This document shows, piece by piece, positions 38,641-52,759 of a stretch of DNA of 64,000 bases. The notes beneath the pieces were generated by a model. The model was not told where the DNA came from. It worked only from the letters and a program-made list of their open reading frames with translations, and ran no database searches. Each line of letters starts with the position of its first letter. Within the stretch, counting starts at the first letter, position 1. The position numbers were made by a program, and so were the translations under genes. This DNA comes from Octopus vulgaris (lineage: Eukaryota): positions 7,440,001 to 7,504,000 of the forward strand of contig OX597815.1 of NCBI GenBank assembly GCA_951406725.2. Direction: 5' to 3'.

Positions 38641-39026
38641 TCTCTTTTACTTGTTTCAGTCATATGACTGCGGCCATGCTGGAGCACTGCCTTTAATCGA
38701 GCAACTCCGGGACTTATTCTTTTGTAAGCCCAGTACTTATTCTATCGGTCTCTTTTGCCGAACCGCTATGTGACGGGGACGTAAACACACCAGCATCGGT
38801 TGTCAAGCAATGCTAGGGGGACAAACACAGACACACAAACATATACACACTCACATATATACGACAGGCTTCTTTCAGTTTCCGTCTACCAAATTCACTC
38901 ACAAAGCATTGGTCGGCCCGGGGCTATAGCAGAAGACACTTGCCCAAGATGTCATGCAGTGGGACTGAACCCAGAACCATGTGGTTGGTTAGGAAGCTAC
39001 TTACCACACAGCCACTCCTGCGCCTA
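38641..39026 (-). mobile_element. SINE family A, full length
   Basis: Reverse complement of family A. Confidence 0.9.
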
Positions 39027-39420
39027 TTGTTTTTAAATTGAAGTGAAGGTCAAATACCAGTGCGTGTGTTTAGCTAGTTGGGTGTTCTAACAAAACATCC
39101 TCGTTTAGGTGGGGGTAAATATCATTTTTCGGTATCAATACTGCCTCTGTCGCTAACGTATATTTTTAACAAGTTCACAAGTTAATGGCGACATTAGCGC
39201 CTGTCCTGGCACAGTTTTTCACTATATATATCGCTGATAGGGCGATAAGCCGCTGCTATCTCTAGTGCTCGAGCGTCCATTATTGATAGGGAAGGTCGAA
39301 ATCACGTGATCTGGGGGGCTCGGCGCTGGAGATGGTGGGGATTTATCTCTCCGTTGGCGATATAAACAAGCGTGCATTTTGCACCAAAAGCCGATATGAG
39401 TATTCCTCTCATGGTATCTA

Positions 39421-39652
39421 AGGCGGCGAGCTGGCAGAATCGTTAGCACACCGGGCGAAATGCGTAGCCGTATTTTGTCTGCCGTTACGTTTTGAGTTCA
39501 AATTCCGCCGAGGTCGACTTTGCCTTTCATCCTTTCGGGGTCGATTGAATAAGTACCAGTTACACACTGGGGTTGATATAATCGACTTAATCAGTTTGTC
39601 TGTCCTTGTTTGTCCCCTCTGTGTTTAGCCCCTTGTGGGCAATAAAGAAATA
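39421..39652 (+). mobile_element. SINE family B, full length
   Basis: Family B sequence with flanks ggtatcta / gatatcta. Confidence 0.92.
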
Positions 39653-39957
39653 GATATCTACCGCAGTATAGTTCGGTCTAACAGATCAGCCACGTTCAGG
39701 TGGGGATAAATATTGTCTCTCGGTATTCATACAGCCTCTGACGCTAGTATATATTTTAAAGAAAGTTTTTATATCATAAATCAGCTAAATGAGGGTTGAT
39801 TTGGAGTTTAAAAATTGCATGGTCACTGCTAGGATACCTATCAGAGGCTTGGTGTTAAACATCAAAAACAACAGCACGTACGTTGACTGAGTGGCAAATC
39901 TTAAAAAGTAGCTGCTCAGGGTAACGGAAAGATAGCTGAATCGAAGGGATCTGGTGA

Positions 39958-41552
39958 AAAGATGTGCCGCAGTTGGTTCAAGCAATCTATAGATCTGGTT
40001 AGAAGGTGTGCCGAAGTTCAAACAATCTATAGATCTGGTTAGAAGGTGTGCCGCAGTTGGTTCAAACAATCTATAGATCTGCTTAGAAGGTGTGCCGCAG
40101 TTGGTTCAAACAATCTATAGATCTGGTTAGAAGGTGTGTCGCAGTTGGTTCAAACAATCTATAGATCTGGTTAGAAGGTGTGCCGCAGTTGGTTCAAACA
40201 ATCTATAGATCTGGTTAGAAGGTGTGCTGCAGTTCAAACAATCTATAGATCTGGTTAGAAGGTGTGCCGCAGTTCAAATAATCAATAGATCTGGTTAGAA
40301 GGTGCGCCGCAGTTCAAACAATCTATAGATCTGGTTAGAAGGTGTGCCGCAGTTCAAATAATCTATAGATCTGGTTAGAAGGTGTGCCGCAGTTCAAACA
40401 ATCTATAGATCTGGTTAGAAGGTGTGCCGCAGTTCAAATAATCTATAGATCTGGTTAGAAGGTGTGCCGCAGTTCAAACAATCTATAGATCTGGTTAGAA
40501 GGTGTGCCGCAGTTCAAAGAATCTATAGATCTGGTTAGAAGGTGTGCCGCAGTTCAAATAATCTATAGATCTGGTTAGAAGGTGTGCCGCAGTTCAAATA
40601 ATCTATAGATCTGGTTAGAAGGTGTGCCGCAGTTCAAAGAATCTATAGATCTGGTTAGAAGGTGTGCTGCAGTTCAAAGAATCTATAGATCTAGTTAGAA
40701 GGTGTGCTGCAGTTCAAAGAATCTATAGATCTGGTTAGAAGGTGTTCCGCAGTTCAAACAATCTATAGATCTGGTTAGAAGGTGTGCTGCAGTTCAAAGA
40801 ATCTATAGATCTGGTTAGAAGGTGTACCGCAGTTCAAACAATCTATAGATCTGGTTAGAAGGTGTGCCGCAGTTCAAACAATCTATAGATCTGGTTAGAA
40901 GATGTGCCGCAGTTCAAAGAATCTATAGATCTGGTTAGAAGGTGTGCTGCAGTTCAAACAATCTATAGATCTGGTTAGGTGTACCGCAGTTCAAACAATC
41001 TATAGATCTGGTTAGAAGATGTGATGCAGTTCAAATAATCTATAGATCTTGTTAGATGGTGTGCCACCGTTCACACAATCTATAGATCTGGTTGGAAGAT
41101 GTGCCGCAGTTCACACAATCTATAGATCTGGTTAGAAGGTGTGCCGCAGTTCACACAATCTATAGATCTGGTTAGAAGGTGTGCCGCAGTTCAAACAATC
41201 TATAGATCTGGTTAGAAGGTGTGCCGCAGTTCAAACAATATATATATCTGGTTAGAAGGTGTGCTGCAGTTCAAACAATCTATAGAAGGTGTGCCGCAGT
41301 TCAAAGAATCTATAGATCTGGTTAGAAGATGTGCCTCAGTTCAAAGAATCTATAGATCTGGTTAGAAGGTGTGATGCAGTTCAAACAATCTATAGATCTG
41401 GTTAGAAGGTGTGCCGCAGTTCAAACAATCTATAGATCTGGTTAGAAGATGTGCCGCAGTTCAAAGAATCTATAGATCTGGTTAGAAGGTGTGCCGCAGT
41501 TCAAAGAATCTATAGATCTGGTTAGAAGGTGTGCCGCAGTTCAAAGAATCTA
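39958..41552. repeat. 40-bp minisatellite, about 39 units
   Basis: Unit atctatagatctggttagaaggtgtgccgcagttcaaaca, with 44-bp variants in the first units and no spacers. Confidence 0.97.
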
Positions 41553-42200
41553 TGGCTGCTGTCAATCATTACAAAAGGAACAAAGAAGAAGAAACATCTG
41601 TGGTACATTATTGCAACGTGTTGTTGTTGTTGGCAAAGCGAGTGAATCAGTGGAATAGCTTTTCAGCCGACGTGCAGCAGTGGCAGCAGCGGCAGCGACA
41701 ACGGTGTTTGCGTCGGCAGCAGCAACAGCAGCAGCGTCGTCTTGAAGATGTATCTGGTTGCTCTTTAATCTGTGTCAGACTTAAGCATTCTTGAGAGTCA
41801 GCAACGTAAACCAGAATATTTCCTGGCTCAGCAGCAAAAATCGTACTTGTGGATACTGGGCGCGTGGTGGTAGTGGTGGTGGTGGTGGTGGTGGTGGTGG
41901 TAGTGGTGCTGTTAGTGGTGATGGTGGTGGTGGTGGTGGTGGTATTGGGGAAGTGAGTCAAGATGGTAAACAAGGTGAGTTTTTTTTATGATTATCCAAA
42001 ATTTTTTAAATTTTTTTTATCACCTTTAAAATGTTGGGAGGGAAATATAGCAAAATAAATATATATAACGAAATAAAGCAATGAAATGGAGGAAGTTAAA
42101 ATAAACAAAACCTGCAAAGAGATAAATGCAGAAAGAAAAAGAAAAACAAATATATATAAATAAACGCTGAAATATATACGAATAAATATAGAAATATATG

Positions 42201-42251
<51 letters not shown>

Positions 42252-42283
42252 TACATAGATATATGCATGTATATATTTATACG

Positions 42284-42316
<33 letters not shown>

Positions 42317-42320
42317 ATAG

Positions 42321-42385
<65 letters not shown>

Positions 42386-42496
42386 GTGTGTATACATACA
42401 GGTATACACACACACACATAAACACAGGAATAATTTTAGAAAAGCGTAAAAACCGAAATATATAGACAGTGATAAAATAAAAATAAGTAGGAAAAT

Positions 42497-42540
<44 letters not shown>

Positions 42541-42634
42541 AGGAAAATTTTAGAAACAAGATAGAAATGCGAAAAATGGGGCAGAATTTCTGTCAGAGAC
42601 GTCAACGTTGATTTCGGAGAGAAAGAGAGAGAGA

Positions 42635-42726
<92 letters not shown>

Positions 42727-43014
42727 AGGAAGGTTTGTCTGTGTTTGGTGATGCATGACAAGAAATGCTTGAGACATGTCAAGACTGTGGCCTTCCAATG
42801 CAATTAGATATGATGTGCAGAACTGACTCTATTCAAGGGACACCACTAGAATCAATGGTCGACTTTATGTATATATATATATATATATATACAATAGATA
42901 GCGCTGGTAGCGGAAGGATGGCGGCGGTTAGAGCGTGTGGCGGGGTGGGGGGTGGATAAGTGGCGGTGGGTAGGTGGTGGTGAGGTATCACTTTGCGTTG
43001 TTGGAGTTGAGAAG

Positions 43015-43080
43015 TGTGTGTGTTTGTATGTTTGTGTTTGTGTGTGCGTTTGTGTGTGTGCGTGCGTTTGAGTGTGTGTT

Positions 43081-43133
<53 letters not shown>

Positions 43134-43204
43134 GTTTGTGTTTGTGTGTGTGTGTTTGTGTGTGTGTGTGTTTGTGCCTGTTTGTGTGTGTGTGTGTGTG
43201 TAAG

Positions 43205-43235
<31 letters not shown>

Positions 43236-43370
43236 ATGTGTTTGTATGTGTGTGTGTGTGTTTGTGTGTGCGTGTGCGAGTGTGTTTGTGTGTATGTGTT
43301 TGTGTGTGTGCGTTTGTGTGTGTGCTTGTGTGTGTGTGTGTGTGTTTGTGTTTGTGTGTGTGTGTGTGTG
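43015..43370. repeat. Degenerate (TG)n tract
   Basis: Directly visible; a similar tract is at 43813-44185. Confidence 0.95.
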
Positions 43371-43928
43371 ATATTCATAGAGTTAGCATAAGGAGGATCT
43401 GATATCTTATTGGTTTTGCTGTATAGCGATTTCGTCATTGTTGTTGTTGTTATTGTAAGAGATGAGTTCTGTGATGTTGTTGTTGTTGTTAGTGTTGGTG
43501 GGGATGGTTTGAGGTTAGTGACAGACTAATACACACACACACACTTATATAAATATACTACATACTTATATAAAAACTATATATAAATATAAATATATAA
43601 TTACATACATTTTGAAATCAGATGTCTATAAATGAGCGCCAAGTAATATATGCATATATACACTCATATATACTTATAGAGATATATACCAAAACATACA
43701 TGCATTACTTACACGTACGAACATACATACACACACACACATACACATATATATATACACAAACACATTTATACATCTAATAAAAACAGATGATACTGAA
43801 AATCACCACTCATGTGTGTGCGCGTGTGTGTAAGTATGTTTGTGTGTGTTTGTGTGTGTGTGTATGTGTGTGTGTGTGTTTGTGTGTGTGTTTGTGTGTG
43901 TGTGTGTTTGTGTGTGTTTGTGTGTGAG

Positions 43929-43963
<35 letters not shown>

Positions 43964-44369
43964 GTGTGTGTTTGTGTGTGTGTGTAAGTGTGTGTTTGTG
44001 TCTGTGTGTGTAAGTGTGTGTGTGTAAGTGTATGTGTGTATGTAAGTGTGTGTTTGTGTGTGTGTAAGTGTATGTGTGTGTGCAAGTGTGTGTAAGTGTG
44101 TGTTTGTGTGTGTGTGTGTAAGTGTATGTGTGTGTGTAAGTGTGTGTGTGTGTGTGTGTGTGTTTGTGTGTTTGTGTGTGTGTATTCATGAAGTGTGCGT
44201 ACGAATGTGTGTATATGCTTCTGGTTTGTTCGTCTCTGCGCTTATGAGTTTGTATCAACATCACCCGTCTTAATACGAGAAGAGTGTTGCGTCAAAATGG
44301 TAAATTAGCCAATTGGTAAAATAGAGAATGGTTAAAATGATCGTTCAAAGCCTGCCAGGGCACCTTTAT

Positions 44370-44980
44370 CAGTTCTATGAGGACCATTGTGCCGCCTACA
44401 TCATTATAACACTTGAACTACCTGGAAGGAAGAGACAGAATGGGACTGGAAATAGTTACAGAGAAAACATCAAGGAAAATAGCGCAGGAGTGGCTGTGTG
44501 GTAAGTAGCTTGCTAACCAACCACATGGTTCCGGGTTCAGTCCCACTGCGTGGCATCTTGGGCAAGTGTCTTCTGCTATAGCCCCGGGCCGACCAATGCC
44601 TTGTGAGTGGATTTGGTAGACGGAAACTGAAAGAAGCCTGTCGTATATATGTATATATATATATATAAGTGTGTGTGTATATGTTTGTGTGTCTGTGTTT
44701 TTGTCCCCCTAGCATTGCTTGACAACCGATGCTGGTGTGTTTATGTCCCCGTCACTTAGCGGTTCGGCAAAAGAGACCGATAGAATAAGTACTGGGCTTA
44801 CAAAGAATAAGTCCCGGGGTCGATTTGCTCGACTAAAGGCGGTGCTCCAGCATGGCCGCAGTCAAATGACTGAAACAAGTAAAAGAGTAAAAGAGTAAGG
44901 TACGGTAGGAATTTGACTGTTGTGTGGTTGGGCTAGCGGAAAGCCTTTGGTGTACCTCAATGGTGGGTCATCAAACCAAT
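44370..44980 (+). pseudogene. Highly decayed non-LTR retrotransposon RT fragment split by a SINE-A
   Basis: YEDHCAAYIIITLELPGRKR precedes the SINE and NLTVVWLG*RKAFGVPQWWVIK follows it, resembling the RT motif WxDyrKAFDsvph. Confidence 0.4.
44482..44897 (+). mobile_element. SINE family A, full length
   Basis: Homology to 5463-5880. Confidence 0.92.
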
Positions 44981-45077
44981 CCAGTTAACCTGTTCGACAA
45001 CCACCGATAGCCACTGTCCAATATCTAACCAAGACTTTGTACCCTATTTTATTTTTCGGTACTGCTTTTCGTCTAGT

Positions 45078-45314
45078 GGCGGCGAGCTGGCAGAATCGTT
45101 AGCAACGCCGGGCGAAATGCGTAGCCGTATTTCGTCTGCCGTTACGTTCTGAGTTCAAATTCCGCCGAGGTCGACTTTGCCTTTCATCCTTTCGGGGTCG
45201 ATAAATTAAGTACCAGTTACGCACTTGGGATCGATATAATCGACTTAATACCTATGTCTGTCCTTGTTTGTCCCCTCTGTGTTTAGCCCCTTGTGGGTAA
45301 TAAAGAAATAGGTA
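45078..45314 (+). mobile_element. SINE family B, full length with TSD
   Basis: Flanks ggtactgcttttcgtc / ggtactgctcttcgtc. Confidence 0.92.
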
Positions 45315-45834
45315 CTGCTCTTCGTCCTCGTGTTAAATTTGCTTTTTGAAGCCGTTCTTCTGTTAATAAAAGATCATATAGATAGCAAAGCAATACCATG
45401 AATCCAGAAATATCCGTCATCTTTATAGATGACATGAAGCTATTTTGACTAAGTATTAGTCTTATTAGAAAGCAGCTCATAACCTTATGTTTCACAGTTA
45501 TTTGAATGAAATTTAGTGAGTTCAAATGAGTAAATTTGTTATGGAAGAGCGAGGAAACACTATGTTCTGCTCCGCCAATGTAAGAATGAGTAGTTTCGCA
45601 GTCAATTGGTGCTTTCGATTGCGATCAACAAATTTCGTGGGTAAGCTCAAAATGCCAGGTGTGAAAGGACCATTAATAGAAATAGGGCGAAAACGTTAAG
45701 GCCTCAAGCGGATAAAGGAAATATGGATATCGCTCATTATACCTTTCTTTGGCCTACTAAATTCACTGCAAGAACTCATAATGAAGTGGAACTTATAACT
45801 TGGAAACTGCTCTGTAGTACCGGAGAGTTTAATA

Positions 45835-46262
45835 TTGGTTTCAAATTTTGACACAAATGCAGTAAGCTCAGAAGAGGGAGCTAAGTCGCTTACATTGATG
45901 TTCAGCTGGTACTTTATTTTATCGACCCTGAAAGGATGAAAGGCAAAGTCGACCTCGGCGGAATTTGAACTCAGAAAGTAGTGGCAGACGAAATACCTAT
46001 TTCTTTACTACCCACAAGGGGCTAAACACAGAGGGGACAAATAAGGACAGGCAAACGAATTAAGTCGATTATATCGACTCCAGTGCGTACCTGGTACTTT
46101 ATTTAATCGACCTCGAAAGGATGAAAGGTAAAGTCGACCTCGACGGAATTTGAACTCAGAAAGTAGCGGCAGATGAAATACCTATTTCTTTACTACCCAC
46201 AAGGGGCTAAACACAGAGAGGACAAACAAGGACAGACAAACGGATCAAGTCGATTATATCGA
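45835..46262 (-). mobile_element. Head-less SINE-B multimer (about 2.5 units)
   Basis: Two gaaatacctatttc junctions. Confidence 0.85.
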
Positions 46263-46745
46263 TAATGTCACATTATATCTATAATGTCACATGTTAACAC
46301 ATTTATTTGCAAGTAAGTAACTCTCCGTTTAAAATTTTTCCGGGTTCATAGGATTATGCTCAAAGTGGCTTCGTCATTCATACGTGCCATCCTTGCTACA
46401 TTCATCCATCTTTTTTTTGAAACATTCGCTTGACAAAACTTGACTTATGTCTCTCATTGTCCAATGATGTCACAAGTCAGCGACATTTCTGTCACAATTG
46501 TAACAAGGCGTGACAAGGTTGTCACGAAAGACAGACATCATTGGCCGATCCATCTGACTACCAGCTGCCTGGCATTTGGTGCCTGTTAATGCATGGTCTA
46601 ACAACGGTAAGGCATATAAATGCAAAGAAAAAATCGATAGATAGATAGATAGAGGGATAAAGAGAGAGATAGAGATAGATAAATATATATGCATGTATGC
46701 ATGCACACACACATATAAATATGTGTGTGAGTGTGTGTGTATTTG

Positions 46746-46890
<145 letters not shown>

Positions 46891-46971
46891 AAAGGATTTT
46901 CAACCCAGTGTTTACATACTATTATTTATAGCTTTATATGTACTTCGAGAACCAATTCCAAAACAAGAATT

Positions 46972-47002
<31 letters not shown>

Positions 47003-47082
47003 CGTATGCGTATAGTCACCTAAATACAGATATACGTACATGCACACTCTCATTTATATACATGCATACATTACATGTGTGT

Positions 47083-47126
<44 letters not shown>

Positions 47127-48365
47127 GGAAAAATTTTTAAAGGCTATTATACTATAAATACAAGTGTTTCAGGTTTATGCATCAAGAAATAAATACATGC
47201 ATCTACGATTTAGAACTCCAAACCTTCTCGTCAATATGAAGCCACAATCCAGCAAACCAAAGAACATATTTCAGATTACCAATGTATAAAATACAAACCT
47301 CAATGTAAACATGAAAGTAAGAAATTTTATGACACAGACTGTGACGTGGGCTCACGTTGGTTGACTGTGCACTTATAACAAGGAGCTAATGCACATAATA
47401 TTATAGACAGCAAAACAAAACTAAGGAAAATATTCGCTCATAATACTTATTATCTAATGTAAAAAATCTCCGCAAAATCTGGCTGTAGAAGACGTATGAT
47501 ATAATGGTAGTTAAATCAAATGTGGAGACAGATTGCTATCATTCCTTAAAAGGAATTCTTGAAAATTGCAAACTGTAACGCATGAAAACTGAGACAGTAT
47601 CGAAAATCCACAAATAAAAGATTTATTTATCCAGCAATACGGTGTTGCGTACTTATTGTCAGTGTTCGCCAGTAATGTGTATATATATAAGAACGCGTGT
47701 GTGTTTGTGTGTGTGTGATTGTATGTGTGTATGTTTGTGCGTGTGTGTGCGCGCGTGTAAGCATGTGCATGTATATATGTATGAATCTGCGTGGCATAGC
47801 AATTCGTTTCTCAGACCACGTGACACGTTGCGTTCTTGAATAAAATACTTTTATTTCATGCTGCTGTAATCCACTCACCTGTAATTAGCAACAGCGACAC
47901 CTGGAAGTAATAAAAATAAAGCCTATAATGATTTGAAAGAAAAGTAAGCCAAGAAATGCGATTAACGCGGTATTAATTTAACGCTTGAGATGAATATGAA
48001 ATATCTTAACGCTTCAGACATTAGTTCTTCTTCAGAAAATAAAAAAAAATACGGTGGGGTGAGGCAGAGAGAATAAAAGTGTGCCTGTGTAAAAATGTAT
48101 TATAATGATAAAATAATTAGAGAGGAAAGAAGACCGGAGATCTTAGGGTTCTTTAATGAGGGAAAATATAGTTTTATGTGAGGGAGTTAAAAGGTAAGGA
48201 AGACGAGTGTCAGAGGGTTTTTTTTTTTTTTTTTTTGGATACATGGTAGCGAACTTTTGGGAGATGGTACTTGAGTGTTTTTAGAGGAGTGTATAATTGT
48301 TTGTATAGAATGTTCGTAAATTTAATGGCGTTGTTAGTTAGTGCCGAAAACTGAAGAGACGGGAG

Positions 48366-48411
<46 letters not shown>

Positions 48412-49043
48412 ATGAAACCTCTTTGATCTACGCTTGTTTGATCAGGGCTAACCTTGGGCTAACCAATAACAAACACACAGCACGTATCTCCTCAGTTCAA
48501 TCTTTAGATACAATTAAAGAAAAAATGTTCTAAAATTCCCGTTCTTTAACATAGGTTTCTAGATTTTAAAAAATATTTTAAAATAAATAATATTTAGGGA
48601 GGTGTGTAGTAGTGGTGGTGGTAAAAATTGAACTAATTCCAACAAGTTGAAAATGAAATATTTTCGTTGGTAGAGCATGAGATATAACTGGGTTTATTAT
48701 TAGTATAACCGGTTCAAAAAAAAAAAAGGGTGGAGGATTTTGGGTGACATTATACAGCTTCAGGAATTTGTTTGGTATTGATTGTTGTTGTTGATGGTGA
48801 TGTTGTTGTTATTGCTGCTGTTTTTTTTTGTTTTTTTTGAGGTGGTGCGCTGGTGTTGGTGGCGGCGCATTTAGCAATGGCGTTCGTTTGTATCGGGGTG
48901 GGGGGGGGAGAATGTTGATGGCGCTGATGTGGTGTTGGGGGGTTGGGGGGGTTGGGTGATGTTGTTATGTGGCGCAGTGGTGAGGCAGGATAATGATGTG
49001 GTGGCGGCGGTGGTGGTGGTGTTATTGGTAATGTTGGCGTGGT

Positions 49044-49075
<32 letters not shown>

Positions 49076-49499
49076 TAGTGGCGGCGCGGTGATGGTGGTG
49101 GTGATGCGGTGGTGGTAGTGGTGCTGATAGTGACAGTGTGATTAAAGCAGGTGGTGGTGGCGGCGGCGGTGATTTTTTTGTTTTTGTTTTTGTTTTTTGT
49201 TTTTTGAGAGTAAAATGTCAACATGGTGAAGAGTCTGTCACATCAAAGGATATAGGAGAAGGTTGTCACTGCAGATCACAGAGCAAAGTGAAGGAAACGT
49301 GGTGAGGGGAGCGGTGGGGCGGGAGTGGAGATGGGTGGTATGATGGGTGGGTGGGTGGCATAGGGGGAGGGGTGGGGTAGCAGGGTGGAGTGGCTACTGC
49401 TAATAATAATAATAATGAAACCAGCGACCAGGGTCACAATAAATAGCAATCATAACCATAATGATAATGATGATTTTGATGACGATAATGATGTTAATA

Positions 49500-49815
49500 T
49501 TTTGTTGTTTAACACCAGGTCGGCTCTGAAGGGACAGAGCTATGACCAAAGACACTTCAACTGTGACCATCCTGTATTTTTCCAAATGTGTTAGGAGAAA
49601 CCACGAATGCATTTATCCAGCGAGCTCTTCGTTTCTAAGTGGATTGTTTTATTTAAGGTAGATTTCGCTGCTATCTCTAAAATGTTAAGCTACCGTGTAG
49701 AGGGCTTCCTTCTTTGGCTCGATGATGATGATGATGATAATGTAACTGAGTTGCTAATAATAATAATAAGAAGAAGAAGAGTAAGAATAACAATAACAAT
49801 AACAATAACAATAAC

Positions 49816-49860
<45 letters not shown>

Positions 49861-50126
49861 TTTGTTTGTTGTTTAACACTAGGTCGGCTCTGACGGGACA
49901 GATCTATGACCAAAGACACTTCAACTGTGACCATCCTGTATTTTTCCAAATATGTTAGGAGAAACCACGAATGCATTATCCAGCGAGCTCTTCTTTTCTA
50001 AGAGGTTTTATCTAAGGTAGATTTCGCTGCTATCTCTAACATGTTAAGCTACCGTGTAGAGGCTTCTTTCTTTGGCTCGATGATGATGATGATGATGATG
50101 ATAATGTAACTGATTTGCTAATAATA

Positions 50127-50177
<51 letters not shown>

Positions 50178-50195
50178 GTAGTAGTAGTATTAGTA

Positions 50196-50229
<34 letters not shown>

Positions 50230-50290
50230 CAACAATAACAACAACAACAACAACAACAATAACAATAACAATAATAATAATAATAATAAT
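49500..50290. repeat. Tandem duplication of about 360-430 bp with (GAT)n/(AAT)n tracts
   Basis: gtttaacacYaggtcggctctga... occurs at about 49507 and about 49871. Confidence 0.85.
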
Positions 50291-51310
50291 CTTTTCTACT
50301 CTAGGCACAACACCCGAAATTTTGGGGGAGGCGGCCAGTCGATTAGATCGATCCCAGTCGCAACTGGTACTTTATTTATCGACTCCGAAAGAATGAAAGG
50401 CAAAGTCGACCTCGGCGGAATTCGAACTCAGAACGTAAAGACGGACAAAATGCCGCTAAGCATTCTACCCAGCGTGCTAACGATTCTGCCAGCTCGCCGC
50501 CTAATACTAACCCTTTCTACTAAAGGCACAAGGCCTGAAATTCGGGGTGGGGGTGGGATTAGTCGATTACATCGACTCCATTCTTTCACGGGTACTTAAT
50601 TTATCGACCCCGAAAGGATGACAGGCAAAGTCGACCTCGAACGTAGCGACGGGCGAAAGACCGCTAAGCATTTCGATTCAGCCAGTTCGCCGCCTAATAA
50701 TAATGACGATCCTTTTTGCTAAAGGCCTGAATTTTGGGGAAGGGATAAGTCGATTAGATCGACCTCAGTACTCAACTGGTACTTGTTGGATCTTTTCGGT
50801 TTGAACGGCAGTTTTTTCTCGCGGTGTCTTATGAAATTGTCACCCATAATTATGACCCTAGAATCGATCTAATGCATTTCAATCTCTTTTAGGGTTAGGG
50901 TAAGGGTATCTTTTTTTCTTCACAAATGTAAATAAACCCAATCTGTTTCTTAAACGAGGGACATGCTTTTTAACTCAATAGACGTCAGTGATTGGTTGAA
51001 ATTGCAGAAATTGAAGAAAAAAAACTCAAATATCTTACAAGCTATAAAATTTTCTGAATAAAGTCAAGAGAAAAAGATGTTTTATAAACACATTCTACCA
51101 GTATACGAAGTTTAAAAGTGTTTAGTTAGGTGGAAATTATTTAAAAAAAAAAAACTGCCGTTCAAACCGAAAAGATCCTACTTTGTTTTATCGACCTCGA
51201 AAGAATGAAAGGCGAAGGCGACCTCGGCGGAATTTGGGCTCAGAACATAGCGACGGGCGAAACCCCGCTAAGCGTTTCGTCCAGCGTTCTAACAACGATT
51301 CTGCCAGCTA
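50290..51310 (-). mobile_element. Cluster of three SINE-B variants (alternative tail); the third contains a MITE
   Basis: Copies at about 50290-50502, 50510-50697 and 50710-51310. Confidence 0.82.
50788..51178. mobile_element. Second copy of the ggatcttttcgg MITE, nested in a SINE-B
   Basis: Same TIRs as 32508-32976, with near-TSD tacttgtt / tactttgt. Confidence 0.87.
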
Positions 51311-51511
51311 ATAATAATAATAATGGTTTCTTTATTAACCACAGGGCTTTGCATTAAGAAAAAAAATGATGGACAGTAGAAGACAAAACAAAGAATGTAT
51401 GTGTGTGGGTGTGTTGATGATAATGTCAACAACAAACAATAATTATGGTTGACGATATTAAAGAAACGTTATTACTCGTTTTGTTATCATCATCATCATC
51501 ATCATCATCAC

Positions 51512-51563
<52 letters not shown>

Positions 51564-52373
51564 CTTTCACCTCCACCACCACCACTGCCAGTAACACCAC
51601 CACCACCACCACCACCACCACCATCACCATCATTATCATCATTATCCTCGGAGTGGTAGGTGGGGGGGGGCATGAAAGACGAGAGGCCAGTTAAATACAT
51701 GCTTTTATATTTTGTAATTATCTGTCTTTCATCTTCGCTCTGATGTTTTTTGATGTGACAATCGGTCGGGTCACATGATTTCGTCGCATCCCCCACCTCC
51801 CTTCATCCCTCACTCACTCACTTCTTCTCTCTCTCTCTCATTCTCCGTCGCATTCATTCTTCCTCTCTCTCTCTCTCTTCTCCCAATCCTCATAGACACA
51901 ACTGCACCCATAACATCCGTGTCAATTATTTAAAAACAACACGAATAGTAAACTTCAAGACCGTATGATGACTGGCCAAATGCATTTGTCTTCGAACGAA
52001 AATATCATTATTTTCCTATAGAGGTTGATAGGTTGTCAAGAAAGGGCGTAGAAGCGTCGGACTAAATCACTTACATTTACAGTATTAAATTACCTATTTC
52101 TAAGCTACGACTTCATATCAAACCGGATTCCATTTTGTTTTTCGCTTTCCTCGTACGATAAAGCAACCGTTTGTCGTTGTCGCCGTCGTCGTCGTCGTAG
52201 TTGTTGTCGTTGTTCAATCTCAGGTCAACCCTCATTCAGAAGACAGACATATTGGTCAGAGATGTTCCAACCATGACTATCCCTTCATATTTATTTTTTT
52301 CAAAATTCGTATGACTACTCTTTTACTATTGCATTTATTTCAGCCATTGGACTACAGCCAAGCTGGGATATCG

Positions 52374-52759
52374 CTTAGCATACCAGGCGAAATGTTTAAC
52401 GGTATTTCGTCTGCCGTTACGTTCTGAGTTCAAATTCCGCCGAGGTCAACTTTGCCTTTCATCCTTTCGAGGTCGATAAATTAAGTACCAGTTACGCACT
52501 GGAGTCGATGTAATCAACTTAATTCCCTTGTCTGTCCTTGTTTGTTCTCTCTGAGTTTTAGCCCCTTGTGGGTAGTAAAGAAATAGGTATTTCGACTGTC
52601 TTTAGGTTCCGAGTTCAAATTCCGCCGAGGTCGACTTTGCCTTTCATTCTTTCGAGGTCGATAAATTAAGTACCAGTTACGCACTGGGGTCGATGTAATC
52701 GACTTAATCCATTTGTCTGTCCTTGTGTTTAGCCCCTTGTGGGTAGTAAGGAAATAGGT
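52374..52759 (+). mobile_element. SINE-B dimer
   Basis: Junction gaaataggtatttcg at about 52580-52594. Confidence 0.85.

Noticed and set aside
39958-41552. Possible CRISPR array
   Set aside because: The units are contiguous with no unique spacers, there are no cas genes, and the context is eukaryotic.
48780-49400. GGT-rich block as a coding exon
   Set aside because: It is low complexity only, with no convincing splice pair or recognisable peptide.
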